A stretch of DNA of 52,074 nucleotides from assembly GCA_964641355.1 (NCBI GenBank), contig CAZXND010000003.1, positions 66,903 through 118,976 on the forward strand. Reading direction: 5' to 3'. The notes under the pieces are model-generated. The model was given only the letters and a program-made list of their open reading frames with translations. It was not told the DNA's origin and searched no databases. Numbering within the stretch: the first letter of the stretch is position 1; each line of letters starts with the position of its first letter. A program made the translations under genes and the position numbers. Of this stretch, positions 38,139 to 47,625 are shown piece after piece. Source of the stretch: an uncultured Gammaproteobacteria bacterium. Lineage in GTDB: Bacteria > Patescibacteriota > Microgenomatia > Levybacterales > GWA1-39-11.

Positions 38139-39527
38139 CTAGATTTTCTTTTTAACTACTACTCTTTTTTCTTCGTCTTTAATTTCGTATCCCATCTTCT
38201 CAATTTTCGCCCTGAGATGATCTGCTCTAACAAACTTCTTCATCTTTCTAAGTTTTTCTCTCTCATTTACGAGAGTGAGAACCGAAACAGGGATATTAGA
38301 TGCTCGTCTTGCATTCTCTCTTATTCCCAATCCAAGTATTTCATCCATTTTATAAAGCGTCGCAGCTTTTTCAGGGTCGCTTAACTTACTACTTCTAAGC
38401 ATCTCCCACATAATGCTTACAGCTTTAGGCATATTTATGTCTTGATTTGCGGCATCCAAAAATTCTCTTTCAAAATCAATGTCTGAGTGCTCTGCTATTT
38501 CTTTAAATTCACCAGAAATATCATAGATTTTACTTAATGCTACCGATGCAGCATCAAGTGAATCCCAAGTAAAATTCATTTCATTTCTGTAATGCGTTTG
38601 AAAGGTTAAATATCGAAATGCAAGAGGATTATACCCTTTATTAATAATATCAGTTATTCTAAGGAAATTACCAAGCGATTTAGACATCTTTTGTCCTTCA
38701 ACCATTAAATGTGAGTAATGGACCCAATATTTTACAAACATCTGTCCTGTTGCAGCTTCAGATTGTGCTATTTCATTTGCATGATGAACTGGGATATGGT
38801 CAATTCCACCAGTATGAATATCGAAGGAAAGTCCAAGGTATTTCATCGACATAGCACTACACTCAATATGCCATCCTGGAAAACCTTCTCCCCAAGGAGA
38901 TTGCCAATGAAGTGAATGATCAGAAAATCTTCCTACAGTAAAAAACCAAAGAGCAAAATCAAAAGGATTTTTTTTCTCATCATCAACAATGACATCTCCT
39001 CTTGCACCAACCTTTTTATCTTCAAGTTTTTGTTTAGAAAGATTTGTATAATTTGGAAATTTAGAAACATCAAAATATATTGCTTGATCAGTTTTATAGG
39101 TAAATCCTTTTTCTACTAAAGTTTCTATTAGAGCGATTTGGTCTTCTATGTGCTCTGTTGCTCGACAAATAACATCAGGTCTTTGTACATTTACCATGGC
39201 AACTGAATTAAAAAAATCTTTTTCAAAAAACTTAGCGACATCAAGGACAGACTTTTTCATCTTCTTTGCTCCCTTTTCAAGTTTATCTTCTCCAGCATCT
39301 TCATCTGATGTAAGATGACCTACATCTGTTATATTCATTACATGAGTAACGTCTAAATTATTAGCTCTAAGTATTCTTACTAAGATATCGTCTCCAATGT
39401 ATTTTCGCAAATGTCCAATATGTGCGAAATCATAAACCGTAGGTCCACAAGCATATAAACCAACATGGGGAGGATTTAACGGCTCAAAATCTTCAATCTT
39501 TCGGGAAAGAGTGTTATATATCTGCAT
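38139..39527 (-). CDS. cysS: Cysteinyl-tRNA synthetase
   Basis: The HIGH motif (AHIGHLRKY) and KMSKS are present in a 462-aa ORF. Confidence 0.95.
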   Translation of the reverse strand: MQIYNTLSRKIEDFEPLNPPHVGLYACGPTVYDFAHIGHLRKYIGDDILVRILRANNLDVTHVMNITDVGHLTSDEDAGEDKLEKGAKKMKKSVLDVAKFFEKDFFNSVAMVNVQRPDVICRATEHIEDQIALIETLVEKGFTYKTDQAIYFDVSKFPNYTNLSKQKLEDKKVGARGDVIVDDEKKNPFDFALWFFTVGRFSDHSLHWQSPWGEGFPGWHIECSAMSMKYLGLSFDIHTGGIDHIPVHHANEIAQSEAATGQMFVKYWVHYSHLMVEGQKMSKSLGNFLRITDIINKGYNPLAFRYLTFQTHYRNEMNFTWDSLDAASVALSKIYDISGEFKEIAEHSDIDFEREFLDAANQDINMPKAVSIMWEMLRSSKLSDPEKAATLYKMDEILGLGIRENARRASNIPVSVLTLVNEREKLRKMKKFVRADHLRAKIEKMGYEIKDEEKRVVVKKKI

Positions 39528-39542
39528 AGAGTGATTTTATCA
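39528..39542 (-). promoter_or_regulatory. Extended -10 promoter abutting the cysS start
   Basis: On the minus strand: TG-A-TAAAAT (39542-39534), CACTCT, then ATG at 39527. Confidence 0.55.
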
Positions 39543-39576
39543 AAATTAACCAAGAGAAACTAATTCTATTTTCAAC

Positions 39577-40863
39577 TTACTTTTTCAGGAGTTCTAAGAT
39601 TGCTCTTTGAAGCTGATTATCAAAACCTTGACTGTTCACATTTTTTGGGTCAAGTTCAACTTTAACGTCTGGCGTCAAACCAGTTTTATGAACCCAAGTA
39701 CCATTTGGCGTCAACCATTTTCCAATCGACAAATGTACACTGGCACCATCATCAACGTCAATCGCAGACTGTATTGTTCCCTTACCGAAAGACTGTTCAC
39801 CAATAAGTTCTGCTCTATCATGATCTCGAAGTGCTCCTGAAACTATTTCAGATGCTGAAGCGGACCCTTTATTTATTAGTACGATTACAGGAATATCTGT
39901 TAACAAGCCCTTTCTTGAAACTGATAAAGGGGCTTGACTCCCCGTCCCATCTTCTTGTATTACTACAACACCATCTTTTATAAATTCTGATGCTATAAAA
40001 ACCGCATCATTAAGATAACCACCAGGATTATTTCTTAAGTCGAGAACTAAACCCTTAAATGCTTTTTCTTTCTGCATTTTTGCATATATATCATTTACTA
40101 CCCCTAAAAACTCGTTATTTGTTTTATCTCCGAATTGAGAAAGTCTAATGTAAGCAACACTTGCACATGTAGGACAGTTATCTTTTTTCTCACTACATGA
40201 ACTACCCGAGCAATTTACGTCCTTTATCCATCCTGTTACACTTTTTACCGTAATCACATCTCTAACAATAGAAACAACCTTAGGATTTTTTTCTTTCTCG
40301 TGAAGAATGGTAAGCTTTACTGGAGTTCCCTTTGGTCCTCTTATTTTATCTACCGCCTGAGCTAACGTCCAACCCGCAGTGATATCATCCCCAACCTTTA
40401 AAATAGAATCACCACTTTTTATTCCAGCTTTTTGTGCTGGAGAACCGTCAAGAGGAGATACAACGATTATTTTATTATTGTCTAATCCTAATTCCGCACC
40501 AATCCCCTCAAATTGTCCAGAAAGTTGAGTTTTAAATGAAGTATTTTCCTTAGGTGGAAAGAAAGAGGTATATGGATCATCAAGACTTTGAAGCATTCCT
40601 GAAATTGCTCCATAAAGAATTTTTTTTGAATCTATTTTAGTTTTATCATAGTAATCTCTATTAACACGATCTAGCACTTCATAAAAAAGCGCCATATTAA
40701 GATTAGTACCTGAGGGTGGAACTTGAGATTGAACATTTATAATGGGCTTAAAATTTTTCCAATTCGTATGAATTCTGTAGGTACCGAAAAAGTAACCGGC
40801 AAAGGCGGAAATGAAGATTATTACAATTAACTGGTAGAATCTAAGGGAAAAGTTTTTCTTCAT
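39577..40863 (-). CDS. S41 family C-terminal processing peptidase with a PDZ domain
   Basis: An N-terminal TM segment, a PDZ domain (GIKSGDSILKVGD) and the catalytic region GSASASEIV are present. ATG at 40863; TTG at 40866 in the track. Confidence 0.88.
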   Translation of the reverse strand: MKKNFSLRFYQLIVIIFISAFAGYFFGTYRIHTNWKNFKPIINVQSQVPPSGTNLNMALFYEVLDRVNRDYYDKTKIDSKKILYGAISGMLQSLDDPYTSFFPPKENTSFKTQLSGQFEGIGAELGLDNNKIIVVSPLDGSPAQKAGIKSGDSILKVGDDITAGWTLAQAVDKIRGPKGTPVKLTILHEKEKNPKVVSIVRDVITVKSVTGWIKDVNCSGSSCSEKKDNCPTCASVAYIRLSQFGDKTNNEFLGVVNDIYAKMQKEKAFKGLVLDLRNNPGGYLNDAVFIASEFIKDGVVVIQEDGTGSQAPLSVSRKGLLTDIPVIVLINKGSASASEIVSGALRDHDRAELIGEQSFGKGTIQSAIDVDDGASVHLSIGKWLTPNGTWVHKTGLTPDVKVELDPKNVNSQGFDNQLQRAILELLKK

Positions 40864-40926
40864 CAAAAATCTGTGACGATAAATAGTGTATCAAAAAACC
40901 AACAAAACTTCTTATCTAAACAATCA

Positions 40927-41172
40927 CTATTCGGCTTTTAAGATGAACGGAAGAAAAGCCATGTGTCTTGCTCTCTTTACTTCTCTTTCTACTCTATTTT
41001 GATGTTTACTACAAAGACCTGTTCTTGACCTAGGCAATATTTTACCTCTCTCACTTGTATATCTAGTAAGAGCCTCATACTCTAAAAAGTCAGGATTCTT
41101 CTTTTCTTTACAAAAGATACAATCCTTTTTTACTACTTCTTGTCTATTTTTTCTTCTTATTACTTTTGCCAT
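40927..41172 (-). CDS. rpsR: 30S ribosomal protein S18
   Basis: 81 aa in the conserved rpsF-ssb-rpsR order, with CIFCKEK... and the RAR..A.LP tail. Confidence 0.93.
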   Translation of the reverse strand: MAKVIRRKNRQEVVKKDCIFCKEKKNPDFLEYEALTRYTSERGKILPRSRTGLCSKHQNRVEREVKRARHMAFLPFILKAE

Positions 41173-41176
41173 TTAA

Positions 41177-41686
41177 TTAAAAAGGTATATCGTCCGGATT
41201 AACATCGCTATTTTCAATTTCTTGAGAAGATGTTTCTTTTTTCTCTTCTTCTTTTTTTGTTTCTGTTGTTTTTACTGTAGATGTTTTTGGTTCTACCTTA
41301 TCGTCTCGTACCTCGTGTCCACCTGCAGCCTCACCTTCTTTATCGAAATCACGCCTTGAATCAAGGATGATCATATTATCAATTACCACTTCTGTTATTG
41401 ATCTTTGTGCCCCATCTTGTCCGGTCCAACTTCTATTTGCAAGTCTTCCAGAAACGTAAACTTTTCTCCCTTTAGCTAAAAGCTGAGAACAAAGTTCGGC
41501 AAGCTTGTTCCACGCGACAATTCTATGAAATTCGGTTTCCTCTTTTTTCTCCCCATCCTCGGTTGTCCAACTTCTGTTTGTAGCAATACCAAAAGTTGCA
41601 ACAGCTGTACCTTGCGGAGTATATCTAAGCTCCGGATCTCTAGTTAAATTTCCAATTAATTTTACTTCGTTTAAACTTCTTGCCAT
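41177..41686 (-). CDS. ssb: Single-stranded DNA-binding protein
   Basis: The OB-fold N-terminus is MARSLNEVKLIGNLTRDPELRYTPQG. The acidic C-terminal tip ends in DDIPF. Confidence 0.95.
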   Translation of the reverse strand: MARSLNEVKLIGNLTRDPELRYTPQGTAVATFGIATNRSWTTEDGEKKEETEFHRIVAWNKLAELCSQLLAKGRKVYVSGRLANRSWTGQDGAQRSITEVVIDNMIILDSRRDFDKEGEAAGGHEVRDDKVEPKTSTVKTTETKKEEEKKETSSQEIENSDVNPDDIPF

Positions 41687-41691
41687 GTTTT

Positions 41692-41967
41692 TTAGTCTAC
41701 TCTAATAAGTAAATGTCTTAAAATTTCTTCTTTGACACCGATTCTCTTATCTGCATCGGCATTAATTTTATCTGCAGAAAATTCAATAACTAAATAATCA
41801 CCTTTTTTTTCTTTTTTAATGATGTAGGCAAGTTTTTTTTCGCCGATTTCGTTTATTTTTGTCTCTTTTACATCACCAATTGTCTTCTGCAAATCTTCCA
41901 AAAGTTTGGCTTTTGCATCTTTCTTTATATCACTTTTTAGTAATAAAGCTAATTTATATGTTCTCAT
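41692..41967 (-). CDS. rpsF: 30S ribosomal protein S6
   Basis: MRTYKLALLLK is a typical S6 start. The track's 42030 start would translate the leader hairpin. Confidence 0.88.
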   Translation of the reverse strand: MRTYKLALLLKSDIKKDAKAKLLEDLQKTIGDVKETKINEIGEKKLAYIIKKEKKGDYLVIEFSADKINADADKRIGVKEEILRHLLIRVD

Positions 41968-41982
41968 ATTTATAAACTCATT

Positions 41983-42010
41983 CTCATCCAATAGTAAATA
42001 CCTGGATGAG
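41983..42010 (-). promoter_or_regulatory. Perfect 8-bp hairpin in the rpsF 5' leader
   Basis: CTCATCCA (41983-41990) and TGGATGAG (42003-42010) flank a 12-nt loop, ending 16 nt upstream of the rpsF ATG. Confidence 0.45.
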
Positions 42011-42062
42011 CCTAAATCACTTGGTATCATAGCACAGAGGCTGGCAAAATTACAATAGGACG

Positions 42063-43199
42063 TTACTTTCCCTGAGCGGGAGCATTAGTTAGTACAGCTA
42101 AGACTTCCTCTTTCTTACCACTTCTATCTATTAAAATTTTAATTGTTTGACCGATTTTCTTTTTAGCAACTATGGCAGCGAGTCCTCCTTCATTATCTCT
42201 TACGGCATCGTTATCAATTTTGATGATGATATCCCCCTCAACAATCCCCGATTTCTCAGCCGGAGAACCAATTATAACCTCCTGAACATATGCTCCCTCC
42301 GTAAGATCATTTAAAATTGCAGCCTGTTTCGAAATCATTCTATACGATACACCAAGGAATGGACGGTTAAATTGGCCGGTTTCATTAAAATTCTTAAGAG
42401 AATCCTTAACAATACTAATGGGAATTGCAAAACCTATATTTTGCCCCTGAGCTGATACAGCTGAATTCACACCTATTACTTGTCCGTGGGAATTTAATAA
42501 AGGACCACCTGAGTTTCCCGGATTTATAGCAGCATCTGTTTGAATAACATTATCAAGTCTTTCAGACAATCCTTCAAATGGATCTCCCGCCGTTATTCCT
42601 CTGCCCAAACCTGAAATTACCCCAGTTGTAACCGTATTTCTAAATTCTCCCAATGCTGTCCCAATGGCAATTGCCATTTGTCCGACTTGAAGATTATTTG
42701 AATCTCCCAATTCTACTTCGAGAAATCCACCAGACGGAGAATTTTTAATTTTTAGTATTGCAAGATCATTAAGAGGATCACGATAGATTTTATCAACGTT
42801 GTACTTGTTTCCTTTTTGATCCACCACAACATATTTCAAGCTCACATCAGAAACAACATGTTTATTAGTTACAATTAAACCGTCTTTTTTTACAACGAAA
42901 CCTGACCCAATATAATTATCCTCAAGAGGTGCACTGGGTTTTTCTTTAGGCTCACCAAAGAAAAAATCAAACACATCAGAATCAGAACTGTTTGACTTAC
43001 TCAAACTCTCCCCTTCAACTCCAATTGTAACTACCGACGGAGTTACTTTTTTAACAACATCAACAACAAGAGATTCATCCATCCCAGTTACCGCTTTTTC
43101 CTGCAATTTCCGATCAGAACTTGGAAAGTAATTTGAAAACCCATTCCAAACAAAAATAAAAGCTATTAATATTAAAAATAGAACTATAAGCCTCTTCAT
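42063..43199 (-). CDS. HtrA/DegP-family serine protease with a PDZ domain
   Basis: A signal anchor, His (TNKHV), Asp, Ser (GNSGGPLLN) and a C-terminal PDZ domain are present. Confidence 0.92.
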   Translation of the reverse strand: MKRLIVLFLILIAFIFVWNGFSNYFPSSDRKLQEKAVTGMDESLVVDVVKKVTPSVVTIGVEGESLSKSNSSDSDVFDFFFGEPKEKPSAPLEDNYIGSGFVVKKDGLIVTNKHVVSDVSLKYVVVDQKGNKYNVDKIYRDPLNDLAILKIKNSPSGGFLEVELGDSNNLQVGQMAIAIGTALGEFRNTVTTGVISGLGRGITAGDPFEGLSERLDNVIQTDAAINPGNSGGPLLNSHGQVIGVNSAVSAQGQNIGFAIPISIVKDSLKNFNETGQFNRPFLGVSYRMISKQAAILNDLTEGAYVQEVIIGSPAEKSGIVEGDIIIKIDNDAVRDNEGGLAAIVAKKKIGQTIKILIDRSGKKEEVLAVLTNAPAQGK

Positions 43200-43300
43200 T
43201 TAAATAATTGAAGATAAATTCTAATATAATGTGCTTTAAAAGGCAAACAAAACATAATAATACATTTACTTTTAAAAGGGGAAAGAATTATATTATTTAG

Positions 43301-43696
43301 ATGGACGATATTTTTTCTTCGATACTGGAAGGCTTTAAAGACCTTGGAAAAGAGACCTTAAAAAGTATAATCGGAACACCAAAAGAATCCCTAAAGACAG
43401 CTAGCGATCAGGTTTCAGGAAGTGAAAAATCTGCCGAGGAAATAGCTAAAGAAGAAGCGGAAGAAAAGAAGCGCGATAGTCAAATTAAAATGAACCTACA
43501 CGAACAAGCACAAATGCTTGGCGTAGGTCAGGAAAAACCAAAAGAAACGAGCGAAGAGGAAATAAAAGAAGCGGAAGAAAAAGAAAAGAAAAAAGAACTT
43601 CCTCCACTTGAAGTTCCACAGGGAAAAAGAACCGGAGAATTACCTCTTAAACGCGCCCAAACACAGATAGAAGATAAACAAGGTTATAAAGGATAG
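43301..43696 (+). CDS. Highly charged (E/K-rich) hypothetical protein
   Basis: 131 aa of low-complexity E/K sequence. TATATT at 43289-43294 lies 6 nt before the ATG. Confidence 0.5.
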   Translation: MDDIFSSILEGFKDLGKETLKSIIGTPKESLKTASDQVSGSEKSAEEIAKEEAEEKKRDSQIKMNLHEQAQMLGVGQEKPKETSEEEIKEAEEKEKKKELPPLEVPQGKRTGELPLKRAQTQIEDKQGYKG

Positions 43697-43712
43697 AAAA
43701 CTTCCTGTTAGA

Positions 43713-44987
43713 TTAAATACTTTCCGCAATATCGCTTCTCACTTGCATCCCACCTTGAATATGAATGGCATCTTTGCCGATTCTTGAATAGGCGTTAAGT
43801 CTTGCAGAAGAAATGGATTCAGAAACGGCAGTAACACTCAAAACTCGTCCACCAAGTGTAACAACTTCTCCCTTTTTCATTTCCGTTCCCGCGTGAAAAA
43901 CTTGAATCTTGTCACTATGATTACTTTCAAGTCCTAAAACCTTCCTACCAATCTTAGAATTTTCAGGATATCCTTCTGAAGCTAGAACAACTGACACTGC
44001 CCCACCATCTCTAAATGACAATTGACGCGCGTTCAATGTTTCATCAATCGAAGCCTCAATTAAATTAACTAGATCCGACTCCATCAACATCATTAAGGGT
44101 TGAGTTTCTGGATCACCCATTCGAACATTATATTCCAAAACATATGGGTCACCTCCTGAAACCATTATTCCAGCATACAGAATTCCTTTGAAAGGAATAC
44201 CATCTATTGCCATACCCCATATTGTCGGGTTAAGAATTTTATCGTGAATTTTTCTCATGAGTTCTCGATTTATATTCATTGGTGCATAGGCTCCCATTCC
44301 ACCAGTGTTTGGGCCTCGATCCCCATCCCTAAGCCTCTTATAATCTTGCGCAGGAATAAATGGAACAATCTCTCTCCCATCTGAAATCGCCATTAAAGAA
44401 ATCTCCTGTCCAAAAAGCCTTTCTTGAATTAAGATTTTAGATGCTGCATCTCCTAACTCATCCCTTAACTGTTGTGGGGCTTTCATTGCTTCTTCAAAAG
44501 AAGAGGGAACGATCACACCTTTTCCAGAAGCAAGTCCGCTAGCCTTTACTACAACTGGTACTTCCCCAAAATTTTTGATTTGATTCTCCGCATCTTCTAT
44601 TGAAGTCACTATTTGAGTTTCCGGATGTGGTATTTTATGCCTTCGCATAAATTGAGTTGCCCAAGCTTTACTTGTTTCTAGCCTTGCCTCTTCACTAGTT
44701 GGTCCAAAAATTCTAAGACCTCGACTTTCGAAATGATTTACGATCCCTTTCTCAAGGGGACCCTCAGGACCAACGATCGTAAGATTAACCTTCTTTTTTG
44801 AGGCAAATGATGCAAGTTCATTAATATCATCTGAAGAAATAGCAACGTTAAGACCTAGCTCTTGAGTGCCAGCATTTCCCGGAGCAAAAAATAACTCATT
44901 GACATAAGGATTTTGTCTGACTTTCCATCCTAAAGCATGCTCACGTCCACCACTTCCAACCACCATAACATTTAATGCTTCTTTCAT
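43713..44987 (-). CDS. purD: Phosphoribosylamine-glycine ligase
   Basis: VMVVGSGGREHALGWK and an ATP-grasp body are present in a 424-aa ORF. Confidence 0.93.
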   Translation of the reverse strand: MKEALNVMVVGSGGREHALGWKVRQNPYVNELFFAPGNAGTQELGLNVAISSDDINELASFASKKKVNLTIVGPEGPLEKGIVNHFESRGLRIFGPTSEEARLETSKAWATQFMRRHKIPHPETQIVTSIEDAENQIKNFGEVPVVVKASGLASGKGVIVPSSFEEAMKAPQQLRDELGDAASKILIQERLFGQEISLMAISDGREIVPFIPAQDYKRLRDGDRGPNTGGMGAYAPMNINRELMRKIHDKILNPTIWGMAIDGIPFKGILYAGIMVSGGDPYVLEYNVRMGDPETQPLMMLMESDLVNLIEASIDETLNARQLSFRDGGAVSVVLASEGYPENSKIGRKVLGLESNHSDKIQVFHAGTEMKKGEVVTLGGRVLSVTAVSESISSARLNAYSRIGKDAIHIQGGMQVRSDIAESI

Positions 44988-45071
44988 TTCAGAGCGATAC
45001 TAACACTAAAATTTACAAAACACAATAACATTGCAAAGCAATGATTAGACTGGTTATACTATTATTTATAT

Positions 45072-46319
45072 ATGCCAACACCAGTAACATTAAAAGGTTT
45101 TCGCGATTTTCTTCCAGATATTGAAAGAAAAAGACAGTATTTAATTAATGCTTTAAAGGAAGTATTTGAACTTTATGGTTTCGAACCGCTTGAAACCCCC
45201 GCTCTTGAATTGGATGAAATTTTGACAGGTAAATATGGTGATGAAGGAGAAAAATTAATGTATAGATTTATTGATGCAGGAGGTAGAAAAGTTGCAATGA
45301 GATACGATCAAACTGTTCCACTTGCCCGCGTTGTGGGACAATATAAGAATTCTCTGCCTATACCCTTTAAACGCTATCAGATGCAAACAGTTTGGCGAGC
45401 AGAAAATACTCAACGTGGAAGATTTAGAGAGTTTTTACAATGTGATGCTGATATAGTTGGTTCAGATTCTGCTCTCTCTGATGCAGAATTGATTGTCGTA
45501 GCAATTAAATCTCTTGAGAGACTTGGGTTTACCAAATTTAAAGTTTTAATAAATGACAGAAATATTTTTTCGAATTTAGTAAATAAGAACCTAGCCGCCC
45601 AAGAAAAACTTTCAAGTATTGTAAGATCTATCGACAAACTAAAGAAAATCGGAAAAGAAAAGGTAGTTGATGAAATTGCTCAAAAAGGATTCTCAAGTGA
45701 AGAAGCAGAGTCACTATTTTCTTCGGTCGAACTTGCTGAAAAAACAGAAAGAATTGAAGAGATTTTCGGATTATTAAGTCGGTTTAATATCTCTGAGGAG
45801 AAATATAAATTTGAACCTACTCTTGCTCGCGGACTTGATTACTATACGGGATTAATTTTCGAAGTTGAAATCGAAGGATACGATGCAGGATCTATTCTCG
45901 GTGGAGGAAGATACGATAATTTAGTTGGAACATTTTCAAATCAATTAATTCCGGCCGTTGGTTTTGCATTTGGTTTTGATCGAACAATGGAAGCACTTGA
46001 AGTTCTCAATCTGTTTCCAGATGCTGTAAAAGTTCCCGCAACAAAAGTACTCGTTACTGTCTTTAATAATGAAACACTTTCCGAATCTATTAATACAGCA
46101 AATTACTTAAGAGAAAACGGTATCAATACCGAGCTTTATGAAAACCCTACAGATAAACTTGACAAACAATTGAAATTTGCCGATAAGAAGGGGCTAAGAT
46201 TTGCTGTTATTATCGGCCCAGAAGAGTTAAAAAGCGGAACTTATATGCTTAAAGATTTAAGAATGGGAAGACAAGAAGCTGTCAAAAAAGAAGACCTTAA
46301 AAATGTCCTAATTGGATGA
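45072..46319 (+). CDS. hisS: Histidyl-tRNA synthetase
   Basis: Class II motifs are present, including MRYDQTVPLAR, FREFLQCDADIVG and GGGRYD. TTGCAA-N18-TATACT lies upstream at 45031-45060. Confidence 0.95.
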   Translation: MPTPVTLKGFRDFLPDIERKRQYLINALKEVFELYGFEPLETPALELDEILTGKYGDEGEKLMYRFIDAGGRKVAMRYDQTVPLARVVGQYKNSLPIPFKRYQMQTVWRAENTQRGRFREFLQCDADIVGSDSALSDAELIVVAIKSLERLGFTKFKVLINDRNIFSNLVNKNLAAQEKLSSIVRSIDKLKKIGKEKVVDEIAQKGFSSEEAESLFSSVELAEKTERIEEIFGLLSRFNISEEKYKFEPTLARGLDYYTGLIFEVEIEGYDAGSILGGGRYDNLVGTFSNQLIPAVGFAFGFDRTMEALEVLNLFPDAVKVPATKVLVTVFNNETLSESINTANYLRENGINTELYENPTDKLDKQLKFADKKGLRFAVIIGPEELKSGTYMLKDLRMGRQEAVKKEDLKNVLIG

Positions 46320-47224
46320 ATTTTAACAAACACTCCCCAGTAATATCACTTATAATCGCCAATTTTATTTGGGGCGCTGCATCTCCAATTTTTAAGTGGT
46401 CTCTAACGAATATAGAACCTTTTACTCTAGCCTTTTTAAGATTTTTTATCGCTACTATCATAATTCTTCCTTTTGCTTTAAAAAATATTTCAATTGAGTT
46501 AAAAGATTTAAACAAGATTTTTTTGATGGCTCTTTTTGGAACAACGATAAATATATCCCTTTTCTTTTTAGGATTGGAAAAGACATCAAGCATCAATGCT
46601 CCAATAATTGCAAGCGCAGGTCCAATTTTTTTATTTATAGGTGGATTTTTTCTACTAAGAGAAAAGTTAAAAACAAAAACCATTCTTGGAGGAATACTGG
46701 GCTTCCTTGGAGTGCTTACAATTATTTTTATTCCTATTATTGAGAGAGGTGTCGACGGATCGTTTGTGGGCAACTTATTTCTTGTCGGCGCAACTCTTGC
46801 TGGAGTGGTTCATGTAATTTTAAATAAAGAACTAGCAAAAAAATATAACTCACTCACCTTGGTGTTTTGGACTTTTTTAATCGCTACAATAACTTTTTTT
46901 CCACTTTTCTTCTGGGAAACTCAATCAAAAGGATTTCTTGTAAATCTGGACTATAAAGGAATTATAGGAATAATCTTTGGTGCACTCCTCTCTTCAGCAG
47001 TTGCCTACTACCTTTTTTATTACGCAGTTGAAAAAATGGATGTTGCTGATGTAGGAATTTTTACATACATGGATCCTGTAGTCGCAATTCTTATTGCCGC
47101 ACCGCTTCTTGGAGAAATTCCCGATGCTCTCTTTGTTATGGGCAGCTTCTTAGTCTTTTTCGGTATTTTTATTTCCGAAGGAAGAATTCACTATCACTTA
47201 TTTCAAAAGAGAACGAAACGGTAA
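46316..47224 (+). CDS. EamA/DMT family transporter
   Basis: 10 TM helices form two EamA-like halves. It has an ATGA overlap with the hisS stop. Confidence 0.85.
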   Translation: MNFNKHSPVISLIIANFIWGAASPIFKWSLTNIEPFTLAFLRFFIATIIILPFALKNISIELKDLNKIFLMALFGTTINISLFFLGLEKTSSINAPIIASAGPIFLFIGGFFLLREKLKTKTILGGILGFLGVLTIIFIPIIERGVDGSFVGNLFLVGATLAGVVHVILNKELAKKYNSLTLVFWTFLIATITFFPLFFWETQSKGFLVNLDYKGIIGIIFGALLSSAVAYYLFYYAVEKMDVADVGIFTYMDPVVAILIAAPLLGEIPDALFVMGSFLVFFGIFISEGRIHYHLFQKRTKR

Positions 47225-47234
47225 CTATAAAGCA

Positions 47235-47263
47235 TTGCATTTGAGGCCAGATTAGAGTAAAAT
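47235..47263 (+). promoter_or_regulatory. Sigma70-type promoter of rpmE-prfA
   Basis: TTGCAT (47235-47240), 17-nt spacer, TAAAAT (47258-47263). Confidence 0.6.
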
Positions 47264-47316
47264 ACTCAATACCAATAACTTTTTGGTAATTTTTCACTTT
47301 TAAAGTGAATTCAAGA

Positions 47317-47604
47317 ATGAAAGCACAAATTCATCCAGAATATCAACAGGCACAAGTAACCTGCTCATGCGGGAATGTTTTTACTGTGGGATCTACAAAA
47401 CCTGTAATCCACGTAGATCTTTGCTACAATTGTCATCCATTATATACAGGACAACATAAATTCGTAGATACTGCATCAAGAATTGAAAAGTTTCAAAGAA
47501 AAGTGGAATCTGCTCAACCCAGAAAAGTTAAAAAAATTGAATCCCGTGACGAAGATAACCGACCAAAGACCCTTAAAGAAATGCTTCAGGCATTAAAAAA
47601 ATAG
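47317..47604 (+). CDS. rpmE: 50S ribosomal protein L31 (zinc-ribbon type)
   Basis: [22 protein letters not shown]...[10 protein letters not shown] carries CxC...CxxC. There is a basic C-terminal extension. Confidence 0.93.
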   Translation: MKAQIHPEYQQAQVTCSCGNVFTVGSTKPVIHVDLCYNCHPLYTGQHKFVDTASRIEKFQRKVESAQPRKVKKIESRDEDNRPKTLKEMLQALKK

Positions 47605-47625
47605 ATAAATTTACCCCACTCCTTT

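Noticed and set aside
41968-42030. Longer rpsF ORF starting at 42030
   Set aside because: The added 21 residues are not S6-like and would be translated through a perfect leader hairpin. MRTYKL at 41967 is a typical S6 N-terminus.
46316-46319. Alternative genetic code (UGA recoded, as in some candidate phyla)
   Set aside because: TGA terminates well-conserved proteins at their expected ends, including hisS at 46317-46319 and the pilin genes at 2525-2527 and 3070-3072. These stops sit in ATGA stop-start overlaps, and no conserved gene shows an in-frame TGA.
46297-46773. 158-aa minus-strand ORF opposite the EamA transporter gene; similar shadows occur at 29957-30319, 32305-32667 and 48744-49204
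   Set aside because: They are antisense to well-supported genes, with repetitive K/I/F-rich translations typical of shadow frames.
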